From Octopus vulgaris (Eukaryota), in NCBI GenBank assembly GCA_951406725.2, contig OX597815.1, positions 106,144,001 to 106,208,000 on the forward strand: DNA of 64,000 nucleotides, given 5' to 3'. Position 1 is the first letter of the stretch. Each line of letters opens with the position of its first letter. The position numbers were made by a program, and so were the translations under genes. The notes below the pieces were generated by a model. That model ran no database searches. It was not told where the DNA came from and worked only from the letters and a program-made list of their open reading frames with translations. Positions 41,401-56,400 of the stretch are shown here, one piece after another.

Positions 41401-44400
41401 CTATTTCAGATAAACTATTATCTGTAGCCTATGTCAGTTGTCTCACCAATGAATCTAGAATTACCATGACATTTAAGGAATCTAACCTGAAATTGAGAAC
41501 TCTAGCAGTTTCTTATTATATTCTTCATGTCCTTAGTATTGCATACTGACAAAATACTTGCTAATTGTCTAGTGACATTCTATTTCTTATATCAGTGAGT
41601 TGTGTTTATCTCATGGTAGCTAATTACTACTGGATGCTCTGGACCATTTGAGAGTCCAGTGCTAATGACAGGATACAGACCAATAATTCTTTCATTGGAT
41701 GTTTCACATTTTATCAACTTCACTGTCAACTATCATTCTCTGATTAAATATTACAATAAAGCATTTCACTTTAATAATAATATTTTAGACTTATTTTTTT
41801 CTTTATTGCAGCGTCAATTTGCAATATTCAATTTGCCAGAACCTGAAGAAAATGATCTTTCAATAATTTTGGGGAAAAAACTTGAGGTAGATGTTTCACA
41901 GTTACATTCCTTTTATATTAGAGTGTTGGAGTGTGATAGGGAGTAACAATCTCACAATTCATATTTACAGAGAGAGATAGGGTATAAATATGAATTGCAA
42001 TCAAACTAATGTGGGATACAGGAGTATCAAATTAAGAAAGTTTGTTGTGATCAAACAAACATAGAGTAGTCAATTAAACAGTAGGTAATGACTTATAAAT
42101 ATGGGATATAGAAATACCAAGTTGGACAGTTGGTGATGACAGATAAATTAAAATAAGTAAAAAGTGTAGCGAACTTGACAGTGAGAATTTGTAATCCAAT
42201 ATGCAATGCAAGAACAACTTAGATAGTTGGTAATGACAATTTAAACACAAATGAAATGTGTGTTTAATGATTTGCTCGTTCATTTTTTTTAACAGTTTCT
42301 TGAACCAATGAGAGTATGATATCTCTTAATAGTATAAGGGCTTTATAAAATAGAACTCAACCTCTCTTTCCTCTGAAAATGCAGATAGAGTAGATGTTCT
42401 TATTTCGTCAAGATACCAGAAGGGCATTATATTAAAAAGACTGATTTTATAAGATTTAGAATGAGGAAAAACTTTTAAGAGTTCTGAACTTAGCTTTATG
42501 AAAGATAAAACTTAAGTATATAAAATATTTTGTCCAATGTTCCACTGTCTCAATCATTTACCATAGTATAGAAATAAAAGTTGGTCTATATACAGCCAGT
42601 AGTTAATTCAGTTTCTGAATGAGAGATAACTCTCTTGAGCTGATATCACACACTCTGATATATCAATTGAAAAAAGATATAATCTACTGAATCTGTCAGC
42701 AGCTGTGGCAAAAGCCAACTCTAAGTTTAACTTAGAATCTAATTGAATTAAACTAAGTGCTGAATGATTCTATGAGCATCACCAATACCTTCCTATCAGA
42801 TAATTAGTTTCTTATCATAAAGAGTTCATATAAAGCAGTAAATTTTTCAGTTTTTGAATATTTTGTTACAGACAGCTGTGAATGGAGAGAACCTACCAAA
42901 TATTGACACAAAACTATTCAATAACCTTGTTGAAGCTTCCTACCAACTACTGTCTGGTTTACAATCAACATTAAAGCTGTCCTCTTTACCAGGTTCCACA
43001 CATTACATGTTCACCATTCAAAGTTTAGAACACTGTTTTAAGGTTGGTAATACTGTATAAAAATATTTGATTTTTCTAAAGAACTATAGTGGCATCAAGT
43101 AGCTAGAGTAGTTACCAAGTAAAGTAGTTACTAGAATTGGTAGCTTTGGTTTCCTTGCAGTGGTCTTTGTACTGACCAAATAGTTAAGAGACAGACGGTG
43201 GTCTCTAGTGACATGAATCTGGTTGGAAATATAAGCAGAAGAGGTACTGTATGATTGTATGCTATGAAAGAGAAGCGAATATTTTATATGCTTTTTATCA
43301 GAGATGAAGGTTTTGACATAAAATGTCAGCCTCTACATTTGTTACTGACCAAATACTCATGAGTTCAAATCATTACTACAGTCGATTATGTTCTATCTCT
43401 AGTTTAAGACACATAACACAGCTTATCTCAGTCTGTTTGAAAAATAGGTTCAGCTCTTACATGACTGGCAGAGACATTTTACAGTTTCCCTACAAATATA
43501 TAAATTCTTAAGAAAAAACATCCATCCCATGATGAAAGGGAAAATGTTGTTGTTATGAATAGTAACAGAAGCAATATCATATCAATGTAGCACTAGAATC
43601 TTTGGATTTCTTAATTCCACTTTCTTGGCAATAACATCTGTTAATTCCTCTCCACACCTTATTTAATTGTAATTAAACTTCATGTAAAAAATGATTTTGT
43701 TTCCTTCTTAATGCCAGAATATGAAAATGTTTTCAGTAAGAGGGAACAGCAGTCTAGCTTAATGTACTACATTGAAAAAAAGCATTGACTCAGAATCACT
43801 TTTCTTAGAACCAAAAATATTTAAATACTCATGATAATAATTGTTTTTATTATGAATCTAATATTGATGAAATATTTTCCTAGGGATTGACTAAACTTCC
43901 TTTGAAGGAAAGGACCAATGAAAATTTTATCATCTTGTTATTGATCCATGACATCCAGAATGTACTGCTGGACTCAGTGTGCAGAAATGAAGATCACAAC
44001 TTCTTCAAGCAGTTATTAAGAACAGTTGTAAATGATGTATGTAGTATTTTATCATTTCACTTATTCAGTTAACCTTACATTTTATGATAATCTGTATGTT
44101 GATGGTAGTGGTGTCAACTATTAATGATGACAACAATAGAGTATAATTCTTATCTGTTGCTGTGCAGCTATCTGCAGAACATGAAATTTGTGGAATTGTT
44201 ATCTACTTTCTACATTGCCACAGCAATGTGGTGGTATTATTTGTAATTGAAATCCAACATTGAAATAAAAGTGTCGGTTTCATTTACTATATTACATTAT
44301 CATTTGCATCTCCTTACATTATCTTACACTAAGTTGTTCTTGCTACGCTATCTTGCATCATCATCAAATATAGATTATCATAAAATGGAAGTTGAACTTA

Positions 44401-47400
44401 ATACATACAGTACTGTGCAAAAGTCTTTGGCCACTTTAAACTATTGTAAATTTCTACTAATTGCCAACTTATAAATGGATGTTCCACATTGCATTTTTTA
44501 CAGATGAAACATTGGCCCTGTTGGAGTTATTTCCATACATAATCATTATATTTTGTAGCAGGGGTTCTGAATGAGAGGAGAAGATGCAAGTCGACCACTA
44601 AAAATGGTCATGCAAAAGTTTTTGGCCACCTCACATAAACCAATCAAAATACAGTGTTGTAAAACAGAAAAATGTCTATAATGAAAATTTATTGCATAAT
44701 GTTCTTTGAAGAAGTTACTGCACATTGTTAATATTTCATGTGGCTTCCCTTAGCTTGAATAATTGCTTCAATGTACCTGGGAAGACATGTGTACAAATCC
44801 TTCATCATTTTTACCATCTTCACAGGTATGAGCTGCCATTCTCTGTGGCTGAACTCGCACAACTCTTCAAGATTGTGTAGATTCTTCTGAAGAACTCTTC
44901 TCTTTAGTTCTGTCCACATTTGCTCATTGGTATTTAAGTCAGGGTTCTGAGCTAGCTAATCTTTCAATATGGTAACACCTTCATCAGCCAGACTCTGTTG
45001 TATTGCACATGATCTGTGGCATGGGGCTCCACCATGCTGAAAAATCACACCTTCATTCAAGTCTAGTATCAAATTGTCCTTCAGTAACTGGATGTATTTG
45101 GCACTATTTACTGTCAATTTTAACCAACTTTCCTGAACGATTACCCAAAGCATCAGACTCTTACCCCCAAACTTCACTATTTTTGTCATGTAATATGGGT
45201 CCTTTCACTTTCCTGGAGGCCTTCTGACAAATTTATGAGAAAGTGAAACTTTTGCACGGTACTGTATTCATGCATTGCATTATACTTAGTGCACTGTCTT
45301 ACACTATTTGTGCATACTACATTGTTTTACACTAAATGTAGCTGTCAACAATGTTGAACTATCTGTACTTAGTAAACTTTCATACATTGTCTTGTATTTA
45401 GTACAGTCTTATATATCTTGTACTTTGTACATTGTCTTATATGATCTGCACTTAGTACACTATCCTACACTACTGTCTTGTGCTTAGTACACTATCTTAC
45501 ACTTAGTTCTCCAAGAGCTGTCTTTTGATCTATTTTCATTGTCAGTTGTAACTATTTCAATTACACTACTTTAGAAAAGCATGAATATCACACAATCCTC
45601 CTTTATCTTGTCATTTATATATCTAAATTTCATGCCTCTGCAAGAATTTTTTGCTTTATTACTAATTTTCTATTCTCTTCAATTTTTTTCTGTTTAGAAA
45701 TGGCCTGACATTGTTATCACCACAAAAAATATTGGATATTTTATCACAGTTCCTTCAAGAAATAGACCCTCTTCACATTCTCCTCTGCTCGGTAAACCAA
45801 TAAATGTAAGAACCTTTTTTTATTATTCCTTCAGTATTTCATATTTAACCCTTTTGTTACCAAATTTCTGTTGAGATGCTCTATGTTTCTATCAATTTAT
45901 TTTAAATATAAGATCTTCGAATTGAAATCACAAAAATGTGTAAGCTTAGTATTACGATAATACTAGTAGTAATTGGTGCATTTGGGAATGATAAAGAAGG
46001 GAGCTGAGAAGTATATTAAGCAACTCCTTGGTAACTCCAATCTCTATGAACTTCAAAAGATAACCTTGATGGGTACATCCCATATACTATGGAAAGTACT
46101 CTTCATCTAAAATGAAATAAATGTTGTGATAATTTTAGCATGCACAGCAAAACAAAAGTGCCCTTGCTACTGTTGGCCTTTGGAGAAGCCCGGTACTAAG
46201 GCACTGAGATAAAGTTATAATGAAAGGAAACCATAAATCATCCTCATTTAACATCCTTTTTCCATGCTGACATGGGTTGGACAGTTTGACTGAGGTCTGG
46301 AAAGCCAGCAGCTGCACCAGTCTCCAATCTGATCTGGCAATGTTTCTACAGCTGGATGCCCTTCCTAACACCAACCACTCCAAGAGTGTAGTGGGTGCAT
46401 TTTACATGCCACTGGCACGGGAGCCAGTCAGGGGCCACTGGCATCGACCATGTTTGGATGGTGCTTTTTATGTGCCACCGGTACAGGAGCCAGTCAGGTG
46501 GACTTGGCATCAACACGTTTGGATAGTGCTTTTTACGTGCCACCAGCACAAGAGCCAGTCAGGTGGACCTGGCATCGACCATGTTCAGATGGTGCATTTT
46601 ACATGCCACCAGTATGGGAGCCAGCCAGGGGGCACTGGTATCAACTACATTTGGATGTTGCATTTTAATAATGATAATAACTTTGGTACAAGATCAGCAG
46701 CTTTTATGCAACTGCTACTTATTTTATCAACCTTAAAAGGACAAATGGCAAATCTGACCTCAATGACATTTGAACTCAGAATGTAAAGAGCTGGAAGAAA
46801 TGCTGATAAACATCTTGTTTCACACACTAATGATTCTGCCAGCTTGCTACCTTAATAATAATAATTCTTTCTGTTATAGACACAATGCCCAAAATTTGAG
46901 AGGAAAGAGGCTAGTTGATTATATTGATCCTAGTGCTCAACTGGTACTTATTTTATCAACCCTGGAATGATAAATGGCAAAGCCAACCATGATAGTACTT
47001 GAACTCAAAATATAAAGGTTCTTAATAATAATGAGCCTTGCTACTATAGACACAAGGCCTGAAATTTAGTGGAGGGGGTTCATTGATTACATTGACCCTA
47101 GTGCTTAACTCTGGAAAGATGAAAGGCAAAGTCGACCTCAGCAGAATTTTAATAATAATAATAATAATAATAATAACAATAACAATAATAATAATAATAA
47201 TTAATAATAATAATAATGACAATATAACATTGTCCTATTGTTGTTTCTTCAGAATGTTTTATATCAGACTGAAGGTCTGTACTCACTTGAAGCTACCATT
47301 CAAAGACATATTGACATATATAATTCGGATCATCCTAAGAGACCCCTTCAAATAATCCCTTCTGAACATGTAATTTCCCAAATTACAAAAGTTCATCGAG

Positions 47401-50400
47401 TCCTTACATGTTCTGACAGGTAAATATTTTATTTAATTCTACCCTTTTTCAATAGTCATAAAAATAACATATATACAAAATATTTGGAACATTAAAGGGA
47501 GCAAGTTGTCTCTGAAAATTGAACTTAGAACTTTGTGGCAACTAATTATGGTTTAAGAGTCAGCTAAGTTTAATGAGATTCAATAATAGATTTACTGTGG
47601 CCTTTCTCAATATTATTTTTTTTAAATATATAGGCACAGGTGTGGTTGTGTGGTAAGAAGTTTGCATCACAATCACTTGGTTTCATGTTCAGTCCCACTG
47701 TGTGGACCTTGGACAAATGTCTTCAGCAATAGCCTCAGGCCAAACAAAGCCTTGTGAGTGGATATGGTAGACTGAAACTGAAAGTAACCCATCGTGTGTG
47801 TGTGTGTCTGTCTGTCTGTGTCTGTGTGTCTTTGTGTCCGTGTTTGTCCCCCACCACTGCTTGACAATCAGTGTTGATGTGTTTACATCCCTGAAACTTT
47901 GCAGTTTGACAAAAGAGACTAATAGAATAAGTACCAGACTTTATAAAAATATAAGTACTGAGGTTGATTCATTCGAGTAAAAATACTTCAAGGCAGTGTC
48001 CCAGCACAACTGCCGTCCAATGACTGAAACAAGATGAAAGATAAAAGATATATATATTACAATTTGTAAACAATAGCATTGTTGGTTACAGGTTTCCAAT
48101 GGACAAATCACGGATCCACTATTATGGCAAGATTGACATTGTCATGTCTATAACTCAATGTAGAGGGTGTCATTCTTGCAAAGGACTTCATTTGAGGAGT
48201 AGTTTTTTTACTTTGCTTTTTATTTCATTAATATTTACATCCTTTATCAATATACGTCGTTGAAAGATATACACACACAAGTGTGTGTGTGTGTGTGTAT
48301 GTGTACAAATTCATGTAGATACAATGGGCTCCCATTTAGTTTCCTAAATCCTCTCACAAGATATTGATCAACCCAAAGCTATAGTGAAAGTTACCAGTGA
48401 TAACCAGTAAGATTGAACTTTGAACCATATGGTTGTGAAGCAACACAACACTACACACCACTACCTGCATCCATGTAAAAAGGAAGTACATAGTAATTCA
48501 ATTTTGTGTACTCGGTGTAAAAAATAAGTACACAAAAAAAAAATGACCGCAAAGCAGAACTTGATATGTGATCAACGTATATGAGTAGTTCACGATAAGA
48601 GTACCAATAAAATAAAGTTATAAACTGCTTGGTAGGTACAGCCAACATGGTTACCTAACTACCTAGTTGATTAAGCAATCTAATTGGTGCTTCAGATGGT
48701 TGTAGTGATAGTATAGTAGCTAAATTATAGAAAGGGTGGAAGAAGCTTTGAGAACTGTTGTCTCTGTTGGTAGCAAAGTGTTCCTCTCTTCATGTAGAAA
48801 GCAAGTTGTATGAGCCAGCAAGAAAATCTCTGTGCAACCACTCAACCTGCCAGACATATCAAGCAATTTTTGCTCATATCACATTTTACTATCTTAAAAA
48901 AGTACAACTTAGATCATGTAGTCCTAGATACACAATAACTCAACAAAGCACAGAATAATCATAACTGGAGCACCTTTGATCATAGGTCTGGCAATTCTCA
49001 GCTGATGTGGGACTAACTAAACAACAAGCAAACTGTATTATTTGTAAGAAGTTTAATGCTACATGTTAGTGAGATATGGATTATTATGCATAGAAGATCT
49101 GTGAAGGTTAGAGAGAAATAAGATGAATATAATTTAATGGCTCTGTAGTGTTAACCTACTTGAAAAGCAGTGCACAATTAAACTGAGAGAGTAATTGGGT
49201 ATCAAAGCTCTTAGTTGAGAGATGACTACCATGGATGGTTATGTGGTGTGTATCAGATGATGGGTGCTGAGTAATAAAGTATTGTTTCCAGTGGAAGATA
49301 CTTGAACTGAATAAAAGATAAGAGAGATAGGGAAGAGTGAATAATTACTGTTGTCAGTAACATGATGTTGATCAGAGATTTCAGTGTGGTTTTGATCATT
49401 GACCATTAGGGTTGAGAATCCAAAGCGACACCAGATTCAACAGCTGACCTCCTGTTTAAGAGATTTTTGAAGCTCTACAAAAGCACATCATCAAAGAAAA
49501 TAGATGTGCGCATGAAAAATTACAACTAAACATGAAGATAAAGTTTTGAATGAATCTCTGAAGTATGATAATTCACACAAAATGGTATTTATTCTGAAGT
49601 ATCATTTTGTGCATGAACAATTTGTTTGTTTGCTTAGATTGTGATTACAATAAGTTTCTCATTTAAACAATATTGTGTCAGACTGCTTCTATTATTTTAT
49701 GCAAAATTTCTATCACAGGGTTTTTCTATAAAATTGCCTAATACTCAAAACCCTGTGTGCATGCACACACCCACCCACACAGCAAGTATTTATTAATCCT
49801 AAGTTCTACTATTTATTGTATTATATCACCTGTACAGAAGTCACCTCCTCTCAGTCAGTAGTGTAGTCAGTGACATAGTTGACATTTATATGTTAACATG
49901 TGAAATGACCAACACTACAACTATACAGATGGACTGGTTTACTGGCAATGATCTGTTTGAAGTTCTGAAAACTGCAGTCAAACAAGCTGGCAGTTTGAAC
50001 ACTCCTGTTGCCTTCATACTTAAAGTAAGTTTATTATTGCAAAATTAGGAAAATGATACATTATTATTGTTGCTGTTATTATCTCAACCATTGTTATTAC
50101 AGCTGTCTCTTTATTTTTGTTGTTATTGTTTCTACTATGTTGATGCTCAGTAGTTTATAATTTATATCATATCATATCACTTCACTGACAGCTTGAAGAA
50201 TTCTGATGCTAAATTAATATAAACGTTTCAAATTTACCGGCAAAATTAGTTTAAGACCGTATCATTATAATTTTGTAGCAAAAATGAGCAACAAGAGCAA
50301 GATACATATTTGTACTTTGTGCCAAAACCTTTATTCTTCATAACAGCTGAACAATGCCCCGGCATTGAATTCGCTAAGTGAGTACAAAATTCTATGGGAA

Positions 50401-53400
50401 TCTTTTGCCATATTTCATTAATATAATCAAATAATTGTTTTAGATTAGATAGTTTTTTAGCATGAACTTTTTTGGAAGCATAATTCCACAAGTTCTCAAT
50501 TGGATTCAGGTCCAAGCTCTGGGGAGGTCATTCGATTATGTCAATATTATGATAATCAAAAAATTCCATAACCTTTTTGGCTTTGTGCACAGGACTATTG
50601 TCCTTCTGATAAACAGCCCCAGAGGCATTTGGTAAGACAAATATGGCACAACATTATCCTTTAGTAGATTCATATAACCTACACTATTTAGCTTTCCATC
50701 AGCTTTAACTAGAGGGCCAACACCAAAGCTACTAAATGCCGCCCACACCATCACACCCCACCCCCACTTGCACTGTTCTGTTTTTTTCACGCATTTCGAA
50801 TGGAATTCCTCAGTTGGGCAACATCTGACGTATGTTTTACCATCTGATCTAAATATACAGAAACGTGACTTGTCACTCTAAAGGACCCTGCACCAATCTT
50901 CGGCAGTCCATTGAGCATGGCTTTTTGCGAAATTAAGGTGTTTGAGTCGATTTCTTTCGGATATTATTGGCTTTTTTCTTAGCGATTCGTCCATGTAGTC
51001 CAAATTCTCTCAAATGGTTGCAGACGGTTTGTGGTGTAAAAATAACACCATTCTTGTTGGACAATTGTTTACAAATGTCAATGGCTGTCAGCATTCGGTT
51101 GCCTTCCAAAAGTTGGTAGATTCGACAGCCCAACTGCGCCATTGTTTTTCTTGGGGCGCCAGTCCTTTGCCGATTGTTATATTGACCAGTCTCTGAGTAT
51201 AACTTTCACACTTGCACGCAAGCCATTTTACTGCACTTTAGTTGCTTGCTGATGTTCGAAAATTTTTGCTCTCATGACTGGACTGAGGCTACGTTGTTTT
51301 CCCATTATTAATCAATTGTATAATAACGTTAAATTATAACACTATATAGTGCAGTTAGGCTAGTTGTGTGACCACCCATTTTGGCAAAAAAATTTGCATA
51401 CATATTACATAGTCTTTAACTAATTTTGCCAGTAAATTTGAAACATCTGTATTAATTTAGCATTAGAATTCTTCAAGTTGTATAAAAATAGGTATTGTCT
51501 GCATCATTTGAAAGAGAAATAAATTCTGCATAAGGTGTAAAAGATAAAAATAATTTGTATGGTGTTAGTAACAAAATATTTTGTAAAAAATAGAACTTTC
51601 ATCATCGGTCTTAAATTTATTTTCACCAGTGTATATACACCATAAACATGCACACAAAATTCAGACTGTCCTTCCTCCAAGAATGTGAATTCAACTTTGA
51701 AAGATTAATTTTTAATTTCTTGAAATCATCTCCTCTGACAATTTATCAGACTAAAAAGCAAATTTCAGTTAATTAAAAAAAAATGCTTGCATTGGCCCTT
51801 TTCAGTTATTTCTCTAAGCTTTTTTTTTTAATATGCTTCATATTCAATATTCAGATTGCCTTTCCAGTCTTTGCCATATTCATGACAAAATTTACTTTAT
51901 CTTTTTTCTCAAATCTTTACTAAATACTTTTCAGACTTTAGGAAGGTGTATTTATTAGTTATATCAACTATTCTTTTACTGGTTCCAACCATTTCACTGT
52001 GATTATACTTCGTAAATAAAAGCTGTTTTGTTTCCATTTTATAATTTGATCTATTTTTTCTGCCACACAGGAAAGCAATTTATTAGATCCTCTTCATCTG
52101 GATTGTATTAACAATTTCCTTGTTATTGAAGATTACACAACACTTTACTCTACTGAAGAACTTTCCACACTGCTCCAGGTTTGGTTTTTCTTATGGAAAT
52201 TGATGGCAAATATTTGTTAATAAATCACTAAGTCCTGAATTTGCTCAGCATAAACATTTGTATTGAACTAGGAAGATATGTATCTTGTCAACAGATACCC
52301 CTGTAGCTCATCAACATATATCTCTATGTCTAATAAGAACAAACTAATGTTTCATTATCTCATACAAATATAAAAATTACACTCACAGAAAATAGGCAGT
52401 TTTCCTCATCTCTGACCAAGATCTATGATCTTAATCAAAAGCATTCCAGCTATGATCATCCTGTCTTTCATACATCTATAACTACTTTGTCCATAAGTGC
52501 CATTTTTTGATACATCAGGGTGTGATTTGAGGGAGACTTAGTGGCTGTTTCTAGCAGATACAATATAATATCTGTTGTAAAGTTATTAACTCATGACCAT
52601 GTGGGCATGTGTTATCCATGTGATCTCACAAAAGTTGCAGATAGAGAACAAGTATAAGAAATTTCTTTAAAGAAAATTCAGTTTTTTTACATTTTTGGTT
52701 CCAACCTTGCTAAGATCAGCTTTGTCTTTCAACTTTTCAGGGTTCATAAAATAAAGTACCAATCAAGTTCCAGAGTTGATTTAATTGTTTGTTCCCTCCC
52801 ACAAAATTTGTAGCATGTGCCTGTATCAGAAATTATTTCACAAACCTACACATACAATCTATATAAATTTTACAATCAAATTAAACTTAATTAATAGTTA
52901 ACCCATAACAGAACATCAAATACAGTTATATTTAGATAAGTCATTGGTGAAGATGTAAAATGTATTTATGAAATACAATAAAAAGAATGCAAGCATTTTG
53001 TAAAGCCTCAACCTACATGTTTTTGTCAATGACACTTCCTTGTAAATTGTTTTTATAGTTCAAAATATCAACTTTATTTAACAATGTATCCTTTTATTTA
53101 TCAAATGCATTTATTTTTTTAAGAACTTCACTCTTCTCTATTTGTTCATTTCTATTTCAATCATTGTTGAATTTCGTCTATTTTAGTCACTTGAACTGCA
53201 GTTGAAAAAAGACCATCTGGAGCGAGCAATCAAGCCAGTGACTTATTTCTGCAACAATGTAAAGAGAAACCTTCACATTCTTATCCATTTAACCCCCTCA
53301 AACCCTTTATTATCCAATATATACAGGTAAACTATTTGCATCTAATTAAGAGGATTACTAACATTAAGAGCTTTTGTAATAATCTGTAATGAAACCAAAA

Positions 53401-56400
53401 CATTAGTGATTGTTGTTGTAGTCCTTGTTGCTAGATGAAAAACAACACCCATGATCTTTGCAAAATGTCCAAGACTAGCAAGAAGTAAAAGAGAAGAAGG
53501 AACTATGATTCATGCGTAGCTGCTAATCACGGTTTCAATCTCTAAAATAAACCCAACTTGAAGTCAGTGGATGCTGATGGACCAGCCAGCATATAGAGCA
53601 GCCTCCCAAATGCTGCTCTATATGCTGTGTTCCAGTTGTATATGGCAGCAGCCCTTTGCTGGACAACCACTTCCACCTTAACCCTCAAACAGTGACACTA
53701 CACAAAGGTTTTAGTACAGAAGTAGTGCATCAAAATATAAAGTCAAGCTCAGAACTAGAAAACCTGATATGAATACTTACACTAAAGTGGACTCTACTAA
53801 AGGAACCCAAGATACTATAATTTATTTCTATATAAAGATTCCTTTCACTCCTACCTCTCTACATAACAATTTTTATATGCTCTACATCATCATGATCATT
53901 ATGTTGTTGTCCCTACGTGTCCACATAACAATTCAGTTAAGTCCAAATGTCTACAATGACTATTTTATTAATCTCTCCAATGTCTGCATTACATATCTGT
54001 TAAGTCCATTACAATTTTAGGTTGAGCCAAATCAGATATCATTATGTGGCTGTTTGACCTGCTAGAATTAATCAAATCTCCTCAAAATACATCTTACTGT
54101 CTTAAAAATAAATTACCTATTCATTAAAATAGTCTGGGATATATTATGCTTGACAAAAGGTAAGGTGATCATGAATGGAATGTCTTTGATCATCTTTCTG
54201 CTTAATCATTGTTGACTTCAGATTTAACAACAACAAATCTATTAAGTTTTTGACATCTACATTACAATTCTAAATCCTATATGTCTGAAAATAATTATGT
54301 TGTTAAATTCTACATGTTTACATTATATTTCATGTTTATTCCACATTTCTGAAGTTATTTACATGCAAATTGTACAACTTCACTGTGGACAGTTAAAGTG
54401 GGATCAACTGGTTACCATTGTTTCTGGTTTATTATGCCTTCATCAACAATCAAATACCTTATATAGCCACTGCAAAATTCTGTTTTAAAGCTACTGCTAT
54501 TATGTTTATAACTAAATCAAGTAGACTGATTTGAATATTAGTTCTGTTATGTAAATATTGGTTTCAAATTTTGGGACAAGACCAGTAATGTTTTTGGTTG
54601 TTTTTTTTTGGGGGGGGGGGGTTAGGGTTAAATCAATTACATTAACCCCAGTGTTCAACTGGTACTTATTTTATCGAACCCAAATGGGATGAAAGGTAAA
54701 GTTTGCCTCAACAGAATTTGAACGCAGAACACAAAGACAGATGAAATGCTGCTAAGCATTTTGCCTAGTATGCTAATGATTCAGCCAGCTCACTACCTTA
54801 ATATTAATATTAAAAAAAAAATCGTTATGATAATCCAGTATGACATGTCTGTATCACTATAAGTCTTATATGTTTTCATTCCTGCTAAGTGTTATATGTC
54901 TATATTACTGTTAAATCTTACATATTTATACTACTTTCAGTCCTACACATCTACATTACTGCTGTCAAGGTTTACAAGTCTGCACTATTGAGTTTTGTTA
55001 CCACATGTTTGTATTACCTCTAGATCCTACATGTCTATATTATTTTTAAATATTACATGTTCACGTGCAAATCATAAATTTGGTATTTTTTTTATTCTCT
55101 CTGTATGTTTTAATTATGTCTTCACTTTTATTTGTTCTGTTGTTCTTGCTCAGAGAATACCCAGGAATCTTGAAAAGTTGCCAGATAAATTGGTTGCTTG
55201 AATGGTCAGAAGAGACCCTTGTTTCTATGACACCTCGTTACTTAAATGAATCTGGAATGTTCCATGAGAACAATTTAAGGTAACAATATTGATAAAGTAA
55301 TATCATTTAACCTTTTTGTGTCTCTGAATGTCGCCTCTCTTGCTCACAAAAGGGAGATGTACCTAGTCATAGCCAACTGTGAGTGTCAAGACATTTTTGT
55401 CCATACCAACCACTAATCTGTTTGTATCACTTATTGCTGCTACTGTTGTCGTTGTTAACCCCAGAGCAATCCTGATCCAACTGACATATGATCAAAAGTG
55501 TTTTCACTTTGATCATCCTTACTTCAGACATATATAGGTCTACATTACTTCATGTATCCTTCTTTTATTAAGATATTAGGATGTTGTTTGAAGTAGATTT
55601 GGTTACTATTTCTAACAAGCCAAGTGATCACTTAGATGGTCCTTTATTTACTCATATATAACGCTGTGTAACTTTTTTTTTTTGTCTTTAGTCAGTAAGT
55701 GTTATTTCCTATTTGCTTCTATCTAGAAATCAGAGGAAATGACTACTATTCCCGTCAAACTTTGCTTTTGTTACTTGGACAATGTTTTGAAACTGACCTA
55801 TTTTCCATTTCATTTCAGACAGATTCAGCACTGAGTTGCTAAAGCAGAAAAATTATCATAGCTCATTGCCACAAATTTGCTTGTTAGTTGCCTAACCTTA
55901 ACCGCTTAAGCATGTCCCTTAGTGGCTGACAGTATGTGCATCTCTGACCAAGGGCTGGAGTAGTGGGAGTGCATCATAACCTTGTGTTGTGAGAATTCTT
56001 TAAAGTTTAAATAAATGTAACAAAGCAAAGTTTGAATGAAATATTAGCCATTTTTCTTACTTTCTAGGGATAAACAAATAAGAAATAACAGTTGCTACCC
56101 AAGGACAAAACTCATGTTATGCAGTTTAATTTATTTACTCATATATAATATATATATAATGTTTGTATATATGTTGTGTGCTTATGTGTATGTTTGTGTA
56201 TGTGCCAACACTGAGGAAAAATTTGGTTAAGAGCAGGTTTGGAAGTTTTGATTTTAGCTACAAAAACTACCAACATGAAGTAACTTAAGAAGCAAATATC
56301 AGCTCACTACTTGATTTCTGGCCAATTAAACTTCACAAATGCTGACTATGTCCTCAGACATGACCAGATAAATGATTATACCTGTTGGGAAATGGCAGAC

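Noticed and set aside
46393-46660. CRISPR-like repeat-spacer appearance (also 37400-37760)
   Set aside because: Whole units are degenerate copies with no unique spacers, they lie within LINE 3'UTRs in eukaryotic DNA, and there are no cas genes.
48070-48200. Candidate AAA4 exon (ALLVTG resembling NALLVG)
   Set aside because: That frame stops quickly and has no matching acceptor; the 49838-50024 exon fits both phase and downstream motifs.
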